Source: Phoronis australis (Eukaryota; Animalia; Phoronida). From it: 64,000 nucleotides of DNA. A program made the position numbers and the translations under genes. The stretch spans positions 62,001-126,000 of the forward strand of contig NMRA01000742.1 in the NCBI GenBank assembly GCA_002633005.1. Reading direction: 5' to 3'. Below the pieces are notes generated by a model. The model was not told where the DNA came from, made no database searches, and saw only the letters and a program-made list of their open reading frames with translations. This document shows, in pieces, positions 26,101-35,873 of the stretch. How positions within the stretch are numbered: position 1 is the first letter of the stretch; the number at the start of each line of letters is the position of its first letter.

Positions 26101-29100
26101 TGTACCCAGATATCGACCTTGAACGATAAGCCTCGAGCATTTTATTGTGCAAATTTCACGTCGATTGGATGAGCGCTATAGCAACAAATTTGGCAAAGTT
26201 TCATTTCGGTTAATAATAATATTATCGTAAAATAAGACGAAAGGTGTCCCGTAATTACAACAAACCAATGATTCCCACGAATTGGCGAAAGCGTAACACA
26301 AAAAGTGACGAATTATTGATGACGTAAAATGCGACAAATAAACTAACCTGTAAAATGAGACGAATTAATTAGTGCGTGAAATGCAACAATTTATTTAATT
26401 TACTTGTTCGGTTTGAAAATTAATAAGAACGATTTACCGAAACAGTAATGTACCCCGAAAAATGCGATGAATCACTGCATTTTGAAACGCGAAGAATAAA
26501 TGAAATGGTAATTGAATACAATACAATCATTCATTCAATGAATACTGTAAAATGCGACGAATAAATGAATTTGGAAATTGATATTATTTAATGAACCCTT
26601 GAAAAGCGACGAAGAAAATAAAACTGGAAAGTGAAATAAACTACGTCCGGGCGAATATCTGAACATGTAAACTATTTCAAACAAAAGCCATGAAACAATG
26701 AGACCGTTAAATGCGATAAAATAATGAATTCGTTAATATTTATTTCTACGAAATGCGAAGAAATAATGAATCCCAAAAGTGGACAAATTGATAAATTCGA
26801 AAAAAAAAACAAGAAGCGATGGAATGCCACGAATTTGATCCAATGAAATGCGACATTAACGAACTTGTGAGATGTGACAAATGTAAATGAACTGTGACGA
26901 GAAAATGAATCCGTAAATTACACCGAGTTAATGTGCCCCTTCACACAAGAAACGACGAATCCTTAAAATGCAAAGTACGCTATTGGGATAAATTACCGAT
27001 TCCATGAACGCGTAATATTAGACTGCTGCGCAAGCTAGGAAATCGTACAATCCATCTGTGAATGCGACGAATGACTGAACCCATACGTTACAACAAACTA
27101 AAAATAACCTCTTAAAACGATGAATTAAGGTACTCGTAGAATTCGATCAGTTTAAGAATCTGTAAAATGAAACGTATTAATAAACAGTCATGTTAGTTAA
27201 AGCAAAGCAGATTATCGGTAAAATGCAGCGATTTAAAGTAACCTCCACTAAGTACACGAATTAACGAGTCCAATGAAATTCTATTATTTAATTGGCGCTA
27301 TGTTTTAGTAAAAGCAAGGCACTAAATTTGGAAAATTGCAACGGTCCAATGAATCTGTAAAATGCAACAACTTCCACAGCAGTCCCCGTCAAAACTATAG
27401 TCGAGTACCTGCAGTTTTTTGTTGAGGATCTGAAAGTGTATTTTTTTTTTAGTACGTCGTCGGTTGATTGCTCCACTTCAGAGATGTGCAGGTTACGTCA
27501 CATACAAGTAGCGTGGGTAAGCAAACCAATTTCAGTCCGATACGCCTAGATCATACGTGCATTATCTCAAATTAAGGATACAGTTTCATTTCCAACGTGA
27601 TACTTTATGCTAACGTTGTCCGACTCACTCAGGTCACACCGGTGGTCGGACCACCCTGTACAATGTGATTCTTTATTCTGATGTTAAGTTGTCCAACTCA
27701 CCCAGGTCACACTCCTCGCCCGACCACCCTGTACAACATTCCGTTATGGTTTCAGTAGTCTCCACTACTTCCGTTGTAGTCACGACCGTTTTTCTGGAAA
27801 TAAAGTTGTTCATTATCTTAATCGAACTAAGATATATGCCAAGAGGTACTCCCTTAAAGTGAAACTTGCACAATAATTCCTTATCTCTGTGATTGCTTAG
27901 TCAAAGCAGTTAAATACATAACATGTACAGGGGCGGATCCAGGATTTTGAGATAGGGGGAAGGACTGAGTATTAGACAGAATTCTGACCGTCAGATATTC
28001 GCACCTCCGAACTGCCAAATGGAATCTGGTAGAATTGAGGGGATGGGGGCATGATCTCCAATTGGCCCCACTAAATCCGCCACTCATGTGGCGACGATGT
28101 AAATATGAAGTAGGTTGAAGATTGACAAACGTTTTAAGAGCGAGTTTTGCGTAGAAAATGATCCGCTACAGACCACTCAACTGTGTCCAGTAAGAATTGT
28201 GACGTGGTATTGAGGAATAACACTGCAGGATGCAGATTATTTGAGCCCCCAAAGGTACGTCATTAGTGCAAAGGTCATCTACTTGCAGAATTTTAAGTTT
28301 TCACTTTTACAAGTTGTCAATGACTACGACTACACTTTGCTTAGCATAGAGGGTGTTCAAATGTCATTGTCGTTTAGTTCCTGCTATATATTAGCATAGT
28401 TAGAACCATGCAAATACATCTTTAAGCTGTTTACAGGACGTACCGCACCTACGTAAAGGTGCCTTTTTTTGATATAATTCTTGAAAGGGCCTCATTTTAC
28501 TGTACATATGCTAAATCATGGATCGTTGAAGTTAAGTGTTTGCTTTATCGGGAACGCCGCTAACTTTACTGATACTGTTAGAATTTAAAGAAGTTTATTT
28601 TTTCATCAAACGTAAACAAACAATATATGTAGATGCCGCTACAAATTGACCACCTAAAACAGTACAATAAAAATAAAAACAATGTGATATAATCTTATCT
28701 AATCCATGGTAATCTTGTCAAATCTAATCTAAACTAACATTAACGTAAACAAGAATGCAACGCAGATAGTATGCAATAATAAGGTATTGAAGTATATTTG
28801 CGATTGCGATTGCGCTTTGGTCTAATTAGCGCTGAATCGGTCATTAATAGGTACGATAACATCTAAAATGTATATTCCTTACCGACGTGGCTACAAGTTG
28901 CTTTGCTGTTTAAGAGGTTGTTTTGACAAGAAGGCTTGAGTGTTTTCTGTATTCAGATTACGCGGCATGCTACAAATGCATCATACATCTGACGCAGCAA
29001 TGACACACTGCGGCGATTCCATAAACCGCTCTTGTGTCGTTTCGTTTCAGTTAGCAACATATTCCGGGAAGTGAATTCTCGGATCAAACACGTTGGTAAC

Positions 29101-30248
29101 CTACACAGTGGAAGCGTGTGTAATATTGAGAGACAAAAAACGATGAGACTACTTACTCGCTTAGTACGCAGTATAATTCATCAATTCGATCTTTCAAAAT
29201 TTTTGTTGTCCCGTCGGCATCTGTGCAGAGCGCGTATGGGATGTCCTTCCACGTGTCCCTTGTCACATCTCTGGTGTCGTTCACTACTCGGTTAACGTTA
29301 CAGTAGTGGGATTCTGAAGCCACCACTCTGAAGAAAATAAACAGTGTTGCGTACCACAAGGCTACGGTAGAAAAATAGTGACAGTTGACTCTACCATTGA
29401 GTCACCTTTCTTCCATCATCGGGCCAAATTCCCGAATATAAAAGTTGTACGGTTTCACAAGAACTAGGAAAAGAAATACCCAGCATTTGTAGTTGTCGTA
29501 GTAGATAGGAGTGCTATTGCTTGAGACCCACTTTTCTAAGATGAATTGCACGGCGTGTCAGTTTATCCGCTAACTACGGTCTCGAAGAATATCGAAAGGC
29601 CATTTCTTTACAATACAAGACCAAAATCGCTTCTTGCTTTAGTACGGATCAAGTTGAGAGCAATTTCACATGAGTAAGTGGTATAATTCAAAAGTTATTT
29701 CTTCGATGGAACGCGGGTTTATTGGCCCTTTAATTATCGGCAACTTTTTAAAGTTATGGACATTGATAACTGTTGTGAAGCAATTGAAATGCACCAACTG
29801 ATAGAATATGTTACCCTTTACACAATTATTAAAATTAACACCAACGAATAAAGAAAAAAAAACAGCTGGAAAGTGTGCAACGAATTTAAAAATCTGCGTT
29901 ACGGAAAGTCCGTCTAAATATTCCATAACCTCCGCCCCCTTTTATGAAGGCTAGTCAGATGTGTCGCGTATTCAAAAATTTCATATCTGTAACTGACCTG
30001 AAGATTGTACTGCTTTTTGTGCAGAAATGTTGTAACCATGCTTTAGCTTATGAATATTATGGCGTGGCTTCATGTGCTATTGAACGTTTGTATCACGTTG
30101 CACTCTTTTCATAAAATTATCAATTCTGTTGTGAAATTATTCCTTTTAGCAAAATCTTTGACATTTTATGTTATAAAACTTACCTAAATGAAGTCAAAAT
30201 GATGATTATTGCAATCGGCGGAATCGTTCGCGATATTTTTTCAACCAT
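212..30248 (-). CDS. Gene B span (3'-truncated by window edge): secreted EMI-EGFx5-(VWD-C8-TIL)n protein, vWF/SCO-spondin/mucin-like
   Basis: 20 GT-AG exons (one optional) join in continuous frame from ATG 30248; TFDG and GxCG VWD motifs, C8 and TIL cysteine patterns, EGF repeats. No stop in window. Orthology not determinable. Confidence 0.9.
635..1070. mobile_element. HINE/Helentron-like interspersed repeat, copy 1
   Basis: Shares long near-identical blocks (gatacaccatccacacctc.atacaaaatgtgaacaaaatctaa; aaggtcaccaaaac) with ~4740-5255; ends in aatactatgt...GC-rich stem-like...aaaa; flanked by 24-bp direct repeat at 635-658 and 1047-1070. Class assignment is inference. Confidence 0.6.
2356..2477 (-). 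CDS. Gene B exon 19: TIL-2
   Basis: ttgcag|PHDCSRDTELFFECGLNCDECKNNQPENCQEECVAGCQCPK|gtgggc, phase 1 to 0. Confidence 0.9.
2731..2832. repeat. Compound trinucleotide microsatellite (AAT)n/(AGT,AGC)n
   Basis: caacaataataataataataataatcataataatagc...agtagcagtagcagtaatag. Confidence 0.85.
3213..3265. repeat. Dispersed repeat fragment (second copy ~17988-18040)
   Basis: cctctcagaaggcacagg(t/c)acc..tccc.tcag shared by both loci. Confidence 0.6.
3420..3590 (-). CDS. Gene B exon 18: C8-2
   Basis: tttacag|EMFKRCHVFVDPEIFIKRCEHDVCQMGANGECPSFSAYARECSLRGIIVSWRNESLC|gtaag, phase 1 to 1. Confidence 0.93.
3886..3977. repeat. 44-bp tandem duplication (2 copies) with internal inverted repeat tgacag-tcaa-ctgtca
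   Basis: ttgggaagaactgacagtcaactgtcacattgag(g/a)atggtggtg x2. Confidence 0.9.
4146..4359 (-). CDS. Gene B exon 17: end of VWD-2, start of C8-2
   Basis: cttacag|LGGVCGNNNGNQIDD...INSWRTSFSCP...LKCSQLND|gtacat, phase 0 to 1. Confidence 0.92.
4740..5255. mobile_element. HINE/Helentron-like interspersed repeat, copy 2
   Basis: Homologous to 635-1070; repeated tgaccttgaaaa...aaggtcacc subunits; same terminal aatactatgt...gggga.gaaaa structure. Confidence 0.6.
7658..7862 (-). CDS. Gene B exon 16: middle of VWD-2
   Basis: tttgatcag|LQSSGKVTLG...LPYKGHGFIIRR...TDFGLDILWDTKTLLYISLQNDAYMGK|gtatga, phase 2 to 0. Confidence 0.92.
9281..9532 (-). CDS. Gene B exon 15: E module and start of VWD-2
   Basis: tttcag|FCKSGGRWSCTPVENCRRTCSITGQTHYSTFDGRDFSFESQCEHVL...IDNVRI|gtaag, phase 2 to 2. 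Confidence 0.93.
9987..10104 (-). CDS. Gene B exon 14: end of TIL-1 and E module
   Basis: gttag|GTLWNNNGLCVAQENCPCVRTKGDNLYEPGQSYEEECQT|gtaag, phase 1 to 2. Confidence 0.9.
10309..10455. repeat. 30-bp minisatellite, ~4.9 identical units
   Basis: ggcttggaatgaccaatgacaagaaagcag repeated perfectly; explains the repetitive ORFs at 10268-10636. Confidence 0.97.
11076..11127. repeat. (TA)n(CA)n compound microsatellite
   Basis: Direct reading. Confidence 0.95.
11245..11605. mobile_element. Degenerate MITE-like element with internal 14-bp tandem (gtgtcactaaaact)
   Basis: tgggtgtattt (~11271) vs aaatacaccca (~11539) inverted; tandem units ~11312-11386; ends not defined. Confidence 0.4.
11921..11973. 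mobile_element. MITE-like terminal fragment, inverted homologue at 32197-32250
   Basis: atttagggaactttgtcaagtccctatttggggctgtttcatgtatctggtcac closely matches the reverse complement of 32197-32250. Confidence 0.6.
12040..12168 (-). CDS. Gene B exon 13: TIL-1
   Basis: tttccag|SIPKCSGGAEWMECSNDCGRLCGVNEGKCDSNLNCNDGCFCPT|gtaag, phase 1 to 1. Confidence 0.93.
12345..12389. repeat. 21-bp tandem duplication
   Basis: gctaattgtcagcactagtag x2. Confidence 0.85.
13417..13448. repeat. Perfect 32-bp palindrome
   Basis: tcatggccacaaatggccatttgtggccatga equals its own reverse complement. Confidence 0.95.
13510..13738 (-). CDS. Gene B exon 12: C8-1 (shortened)
   Basis: cttacag|DLSQVTTVTTQCSVLKNTDLAFSGFKDNCMRDTCQC...AYFRKQARLGYPIPDWRTTAGC|gtgag, phase 0 to 1. 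Confidence 0.9.
15575..15822 (-). CDS. Gene B exon 11: end of VWD-1
   Basis: tttacag|ELVIEYDGSRMVRVIAPSALKNRLAGMCGTYDDNSSND...HPCEVLGIA|gtatgt, phase 1 to 0. Confidence 0.9.
16320..16467 (-). CDS. Gene B exon 10: middle of VWD-1
   Basis: ctctcag|ILVNDEQHLLLPGGNYRYNGKVESLPAVHGSLTFQKRDNDDHVIVDGVD|gtgag, phase 0 to 1. Confidence 0.88.
16528..16594. repeat. 11-bp minisatellite (~6 units, atggtaaggtc)
   Basis: atggtaaggtc atagtaaggtc atgataaggtc atgataaggtc acggtaaggcc atggtaagatc. Confidence 0.85.
16918..17048. repeat. Long inverted repeat/hairpin (61-bp arms, 9-nt loop), MITE-like
   Basis: 16918-16978 pairs without gaps with 16988-17048; inner stem acagactcgcttgt/acaagcgagtctgt is perfect. 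Confidence 0.9.
17168..17370 (-). CDS. Gene B exon 9: start of VWD-1
   Basis: cttcag|IDPQKESVAVCMTYATHHYYTFDGKNYFFPGKSTYTLVQ...YIGVK|gtaag, phase 1 to 0. Confidence 0.93.
17450..17597. repeat. Long inverted repeat/hairpin (~72-bp arms), MITE-like
   Basis: ttgcaaacattttaagtct...ttggccacatcac paired with gtgatgtggccaa...agacttaaaatgtttgcaa. Confidence 0.9.
18456..18491 (-). CDS. Gene B candidate exon 8: 36-nt symmetric linker (AVLSGGSNYFLS)
   Basis: tcttttcag acceptor, gtaagt donor, phase 1 to 1, no stop; not required for frame. Confidence 0.6.
19791..19880 (-). CDS. Gene B exon 7: EGF-5
   Basis: tttcag|AVCTPACVNGKCEEGKCVCDLGYTGDTCDT|gtagag, phase 1 to 1. Confidence 0.92.
22475..22567 (-). 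CDS. Gene B exon 6: EGF-4
   Basis: ttgcag|ETCFAECINGDCGPNRKCVCSPGWKGDQCEI|gtacga, phase 1 to 1. Confidence 0.92.
   Translation of the reverse strand, partial: RRVLPSVSMETVVPTGSASAPQAGRVTSVK
23301..23492 (-). CDS. Gene B exon 5: EGF-2 and EGF-3
   Basis: tttcag|AVCDLSCGPNGQCNAPNRCTCTSGWTGVQCESPFCNPECKNGGKCSGPLKCACLSGWKGVDCST|gtttga. Confidence 0.94.
24379..24477 (-). CDS. Gene B exon 4: EGF-1
   Basis: tttcag|ALCTKTCLNDGTCVSPDVCDCSGTGYTGSTCEQ|gtaag, phase 1 to 1. Confidence 0.93.
25264..25738 (+). pseudogene. Decayed Asp/Glu-rich coding-like segment, antisense in gene B intron 3
   Basis: Purine-rich; repeated QEFA peptide in ORF 25448-25738; acidic peptides in other frames broken by stops and shifts. 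Confidence 0.3.
25995..26100. repeat. Dispersed repeat, homologue at ~45835-45940
   Basis: gctaaaaagcaagactt..cgagattacg.gagacattg.cgtgtatttt..a..gaacacatg.ttttgg.tag shared. Confidence 0.75.
26220..27370. repeat. Degenerate ~27-bp satellite (core gtaaaatgcgacgaa)
   Basis: Many diverged recurrences of ...tgaa.c.gtaaaatgcgacgaat...; period estimated by eye. Confidence 0.75.
27615..27736. repeat. ~73-bp tandem duplication including the 3' end and donor of gene B exon 3
   Basis: 27615-27663 vs 27688-27736: gttgtcc.actcac.caggtcacac........gaccaccctgtacaa. Confidence 0.85.
27702..27793 (-). CDS. Gene B exon 3: end of EMI-like domain
   Basis: tttccag|KTVVTTTEVVETTETITECCTGWSGEECDL|gtgag, phase 2 to 1; CCxGW..C is the EMI C-terminal signature. 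Confidence 0.9.
27928..28085. mobile_element. Short GC-rich MITE (caggggcggat...atccgccact)
   Basis: Imperfect TIR; flanks atgta/atgtg (possible 5-bp TSD with one change); related 5' end at 50752. Confidence 0.55.
29157..29327 (-). CDS. Gene B exon 2: end of signal peptide, EMI-like domain
   Basis: tcttcag|VVASESHYCNVNRVVNDTRDVTRDTWKDIPYALC...LYCVLS|gtaag, phase 2 to 2. Confidence 0.87.
30184..30248 (-). CDS. Gene B exon 1: signal peptide
   Basis: MVEKISRTIPPIAIIIILTSF|AG gtaagt; phase 2 matches exon 2 giving ...LTSFRVVASES. Confidence 0.8.
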
Positions 30249-30371
30249 CGCCGAATGTTTCCTTGTGTAGGGGTGTTTGACTTCTGAACGATCTTTCTCG
30301 TTTTTCGTGTTTTACCCCACACTGACGGTTTGGTGAAAGCGAGCAAATATAAGGTCTGCAACAGGTGGCCA

Positions 30372-30381
30372 GTCACGTGAC
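30372..30381. promoter_or_regulatory. Palindromic E-box GTCACGTGAC ~125 bp upstream of gene B ATG
   Basis: Exact USF/MiT-TFE-type motif in the presumed promoter; function unproven, motif also occurs in an intron (~47958). Confidence 0.3.
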
Positions 30382-32608
30382 TATTTCTAAATTATCCCCC
30401 CATCCTTGCCAAGTGTCTCCCCTTCATGTGTAGGTGCTCAGCTATTGATTAAGCCAGTGAAGAACTCTTGGTATCAATTTTAAGCGAAACTAATCAAAAA
30501 TGCCCACAAAATTGATAAATGATAATTCGTTCAACACTTGAATTAATGTGTAATCAACATGTTGATGTACTTGACATGTTGAGTGTTGGCGCGTATGTTA
30601 GACTTGCTCAAATACCTTAAATATCTTTTAATTATTCGTTATAACCATACGAAACTTTACTTCATTTTAATAATACAACAAATGTAATATGTGCACAAAT
30701 GTAACGCCAAAGAGTTTATAAGATCACGTGGGCGTATTTTGTTCACAGAAATCGCTGTTATTGTCATAAACACAAAACTTGTAAAATCTGTTTCGTTTTG
30801 TATAATCTAAAAATTCGTAAGAGGGATTTATATTCTATATATACCTGTGGTAGGTGGCGGAGCTCGATTGTTGAACCGACGAGGGAGGCCGTGGAAGCTC
30901 GACATTGTTTCCAGGAGGAGGATGGATCCCGACAATTGTAACAACTCGTTGCACTCCAACTCACTACGGCATTTGATGTTTACGCCCCCCCCCAAAAAAA
31001 AAAAAAATCCGACACTGTTCTGGACTCGCTCTGTTGCGCTTATCTCCCTCCCTCTCTACCGGCCTCTCGCCTATACGTGGGCAAGCGTCCTCTTTACTAC
31101 ACAGCGACAGTTGAATTTTTGTTCAGCGAGCCCCCAACTATAAACGTTTACAAGTAGTGGTTTGCTAACTAATTTTATTAAGGGAAAAATCAATTTTTTA
31201 ACCAATTTTAGAACATATTCTTGTCGCTAAAAATTTCTGTACATGTACATGTAGCTATCTCACTTCACGCCATTCATCTGTTATCTTTGTCAATAAAACA
31301 TCATCCACGATAGTAGAAGTTGTCTGCATACATTCTATTATTATACAGTACATGTAGTATCGTACTGTCACGTTCTCCATATTATCGTTTTTATTTCAGC
31401 AAGTATATCTATCTACGCGCTTTTCTAATGTTCGCCGAAAAATCCTCTGTAAATACGGGACTTTTCACATGGGCGCTGTCTAGAGTAATGAGAGCACGAA
31501 AGTGACTTACGATTAGTCCCGCCTCAGACTTGGTGGATAGAAATTCAATTATTACATAGAGTCTCTTAAATACAAAAATAGAGGATTAAATTCCACTGTC
31601 AGCACCTCCAGTTCTTTAATTACTTAAAGTTCGGTAATTCATTTTAGCTTTTTGACACCGGCTGATATCGAAATTTTCCCTCTTTTATAAGCGGTAGTTA
31701 GGCCTACTCCGGGCTTTGTCGAGGATACTCTTCGCAGTGGGAAATGAATGGAACACGATGTCCTTGCTTGTCCATTGATATTTTAAAAGATTTAACTTTT
31801 TTGTACGATATTGGTAAAACCCACCGCACAGCGGTGACAATTTGCCGGCATTATAACAGGAAAGGTGTTGAAACGATGTTTATACCAGTAGGTTGAAACC
31901 TCCAGTCGGCATTACATGGGATGGATCTGTAGAGGGCGCTGAACGTCTGTAAACCAGCGACCAGAGCGTGAGCCCTGGGAACCAAGTCATGTTCGCCTGG
32001 TGCAGCTATCTCGAAAGTCAGCTAACTTAATTGATACATTCTTCTCCTGTGTTTCTTCTTTTGCCGTTAGATAGGGACCCTGCTAAAATGTAGACTTTTT
32101 TGAATAAGAAAAAAATCTCTGGCACCGATGATTCATATTGAACTAATCCTCAAATGCCTACATGTACCTGTAGACCATGCGAGCGTGTAACCTTCAGTGT
32201 CCGGTTGCACGAAACAGTCCCAAATAGGGACTCAGCCAAGTCCCCTAAATCTTTTGCGTATTTGTTTCGTTCTTTACTCACATTTTTTTCTTTAATGTAT
32301 TATTATGAACTCTTGACTATTTACATTTTCTAATAATAAAAGTAAGAACTGAGTCCTTAATTCAGTCAAAATAATTAGGGACTTAGTCCTTAAATCATGG
32401 CCCTGCTTATTTTCATGATCATTGAGAATTCAACGTAAAATTAACTCTCGATTTATATAAAAACCAAAAATTGACTTAGTTATGAAACCCAAAGAGCATA
32501 AAAAAGGTACAATCAGAGTGCTTTTACTTTACAAGAAAACAAATAGTTTACGCTGTAAATTTAGCCAACATAGTTGAGTTCCTAGTTGGGATTGTATCAC
32601 GCAACGTG

Positions 32609-34738
32609 TGATAAGCCGTAAAATGTAACAATTTCGTAAAATGATATTTGTCATACGGAAGAAAACCGTTCACACACTTAACGCCTTCTTTCTCGGATTG
32701 TGTGAAAGAAATTCTATCAATTGTGCCAGGTCGAACTTATAGATATGACACTATGTGCTTTATATGTTTTTTAACATGAGTAGTTTTGTGGTATAGTCAA
32801 ATATGCACACGGTACAGTTTCAACTACACACGAAAGGAGTTTCCAGGATCAGGTAACAAGTTTTTTTATGGTTAAAGCGTTCTTGCAATATTATGTTGAC
32901 GCTCAAATGTCATAAATCAATTGTGTATCCGGCATTACAGGAAACACACTTCCCTTGGTAAGCACAACAATGATATCGTATTTGGCTAATATTTATCGTA
33001 TTTCTTCGGAAACAAACGACAATAATTTTTTTCACGGAGAATTCAAATTCGGAAGCCAAATTGATAGAAAAAACACCAGTTTTAGTCCACAGTAGTTTGG
33101 TTTATTTCGGCCAGTGTTTTATTGACTTGGAGTCATCGCTAATATAGTAATTGACCTGCTCCACACAAAAGGAGCAAAACCAATGTTTCTGATGCCGAGA
33201 AGTTCTGCCTACCACCTTAGTTACGAATGACAATTTCTTAAAGACATTGTGGTGGAAGAAAGTAAGAGTACGCATTGATTTGCCGGCAGGTTGACATATT
33301 TTGCCAACGCAACAGCAAAATATCGCCTTTGAGAAGGGGGAGCCAATAGTTTAAAAAAGTGGCGGCAAAGTAACGTGTTTTATACAGCTTAAAAGCTGAA
33401 AGAAATATCATTGTCCTTATGATGTCAAACATGTCTGAAATAGTGATCGTAACAACAGCTCGAACTGTGACGTGTATACGTTTAAATTCGATGCCTAGGT
33501 GGGGAAACAGAAATATTTTGCACTCTGAAAGGACATGATTATTTTGCTCAAACCTGGACAAGTCTAGGTCGATAGTTTCAAGGGGCAATAGACCAAAAAG
33601 CTGACTGTCGGCTTTTCGGACAATAAAACATGCACTTACTCTTCCTATTATCTTTTTTAAAAGATAAAATATTAATTACAATTGCTATTTCGTCAATGCC
33701 CATTATTTCGAAGTACATATAAATAAAGACAGAGATTGGACATTCTCTTATTAATGGACGTGAAGTCACGTGTCTCATGAGGCGCCACTTTTGTGTTGCA
33801 GCTCGCACATAAACATATTTACCCTTTTGATACATTGCAAGAAATGCTCATATTAAACATCACTGACTTCAACGATGGCGGTTTTTGTTCCATACAATCC
33901 ACTGTCGATGAAACCTAGTTCAAATCACTCTGTTAAATCACTGTGTTTTCCTAAGAATATTGGGGCTCGTTCCACACAAAATTGTTGTGCATTTTGTATG
34001 TCCATTACCAGCTATTCTAATGACCCACTGACCACAGCCGACTAATCGTTGGTTCTCGAAAAATGTCTGCCTCCAGAGTTCAAACTTGAACTTATACATC
34101 ACCGTGGAACAATCCCCAGTCCTTGACAAGGAATGTTTTCAACAAGAGACAAAAATGATTACACGGTGGGTATCCTCACGTTTAGATGAAAGTCGCGAGT
34201 AAAATAGTGCGGTCTGAATTCAGTTCTTCTTGGCAAACTACAGATGGATATAGTTATATCAGGAAGGGATAGCTTGGTTATCTCTTCCTGATTATATTTA
34301 CAAACAATACAGTGCTTGCCGATAGGTCAGAAATAATCAAATTTTCAAGTTGGTGCACATCTAAACAAGATTTTAAATCTCAACCTCCTCGTTTCCAAGA
34401 AGTAGGCGTACTCTGCATCCACAGCTGTCAAGATGTTCCTCACAATATCGTTAAGGCTGAATATGAAAACCCCTTTAAAATCCTTTACAACAGCACGTCG
34501 CTGTCCACAACGGAAAGCCAGATGAAAGCATTGAACCATAAATGAGATTATTTTAAAATCTTTGAGGACTACGATGTATTAGCACTTTACATGTGTGTTC
34601 GACGGAAAATGTAACAACTACGTAAAAAGTAACAACTTGTTGCATTTTAGGAGAGGATTAGCAACATAAAATGTAACAATGACGTAAAATGTAACAGTTG
34701 TTACATTTCACGAAATTGTTTCATTTTACGGCGTATCA
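32609..34738. mobile_element. 2.1-kb non-autonomous DNA transposon, TG...CA ends, 6-bp TSD
   Basis: ~35-bp TIR tgata(a/c)gccgtaaaatg(t/a)aacaatttcgt(a/g)aaatg; TSD aacgtg at 32603-32608 and 34739-34744; subterminal gtaaaatgtaacaa repeats. Confidence 0.88.
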
Positions 34739-35873
34739 AACGTGGCACATCCATACTGTTCCTTGCGCAGTTGTGTGCATGCTTTCAGTATACATGTATG
34801 CGTCACAGCTCTGGGCATTTTCCAGAGTCGCCACGTTTCGAAAGTGGAGTTGTGTCAACGTCTACAGTATCGGTCAACTTAACAAAACATGTTCATTGCT
34901 TCCGCATACATTGTATAGGCGCAAACACCTAGATTCCGACTTTGGGCTCATCTTTATACGCGTATAAATGGAACATAGAAGTTTAAATGCTCTCATCTCA
35001 CTGTAGCTCTGCTGTACTGAAGGCGGGATCGACTCGTGCACTACTTCTGAACTGTTATAGAAACTCTTATGTTAAACTTTTGCAATAGCCTTCTCAGCAA
35101 TAAAATGGTAAGTAGATTGGATCCAAACAATAAAAGGGTATATTTGTTAACAAACACACATCGGCGGTTTTCAGCAATTGTTAATTAACGAATTCTCTTC
35201 AATGAATTTCGATGTCTTTGACACGTACACGACTACACAAAGGAACAAGAGATCTATATTGATAGCGTCTGTGGCAGGCTTCACAGCGGCAAAATTTGCT
35301 TATATTCTGTAATTGAAGTCGTCGTTTTCTTGTATTGCTACAAACTGTGAGAAACCATAGGAGGGTATGGCCAGAGAAAACGATGCCGGCTTAATGTTTT
35401 AGTTGCAAATGGCCAACGTTTGGTCTTCGGAAATAGCAATGGCATCCCTTGCCAAATTCTGCGTCCACCAGAGTCGACTGGATTGTTCCCCAATCGTGGA
35501 GTACCTGTTTTTTTCAAGTAGTTAGAAATATTAATTAAGATGGAAGTAAAAATCTTTCGAAAACATTTCAGTAGGTAAGTGCATTTATAAAACAAGTTTT
35601 GAAATCAAACTCCTTCTGTGGATACATGAATGTTTTCACCCAAACTTACAACAAGTTTAACTGACTTGCAACAAATTTAGCAGCCTAACATATAAGACGC
35701 ATGCGCCTACTTCCGTATATAATCACACCTCTACATATCACGAATACAGTGTAGGCGTAGGAGCCTATAAACACGAACGAATACGATAATATTGCAACGA
35801 ATTAGAGCTATCAGATCGTCAAAAGATTAAATAAATATGGCTGCGTAAAATAGATCTTAAATCATCCACACGC

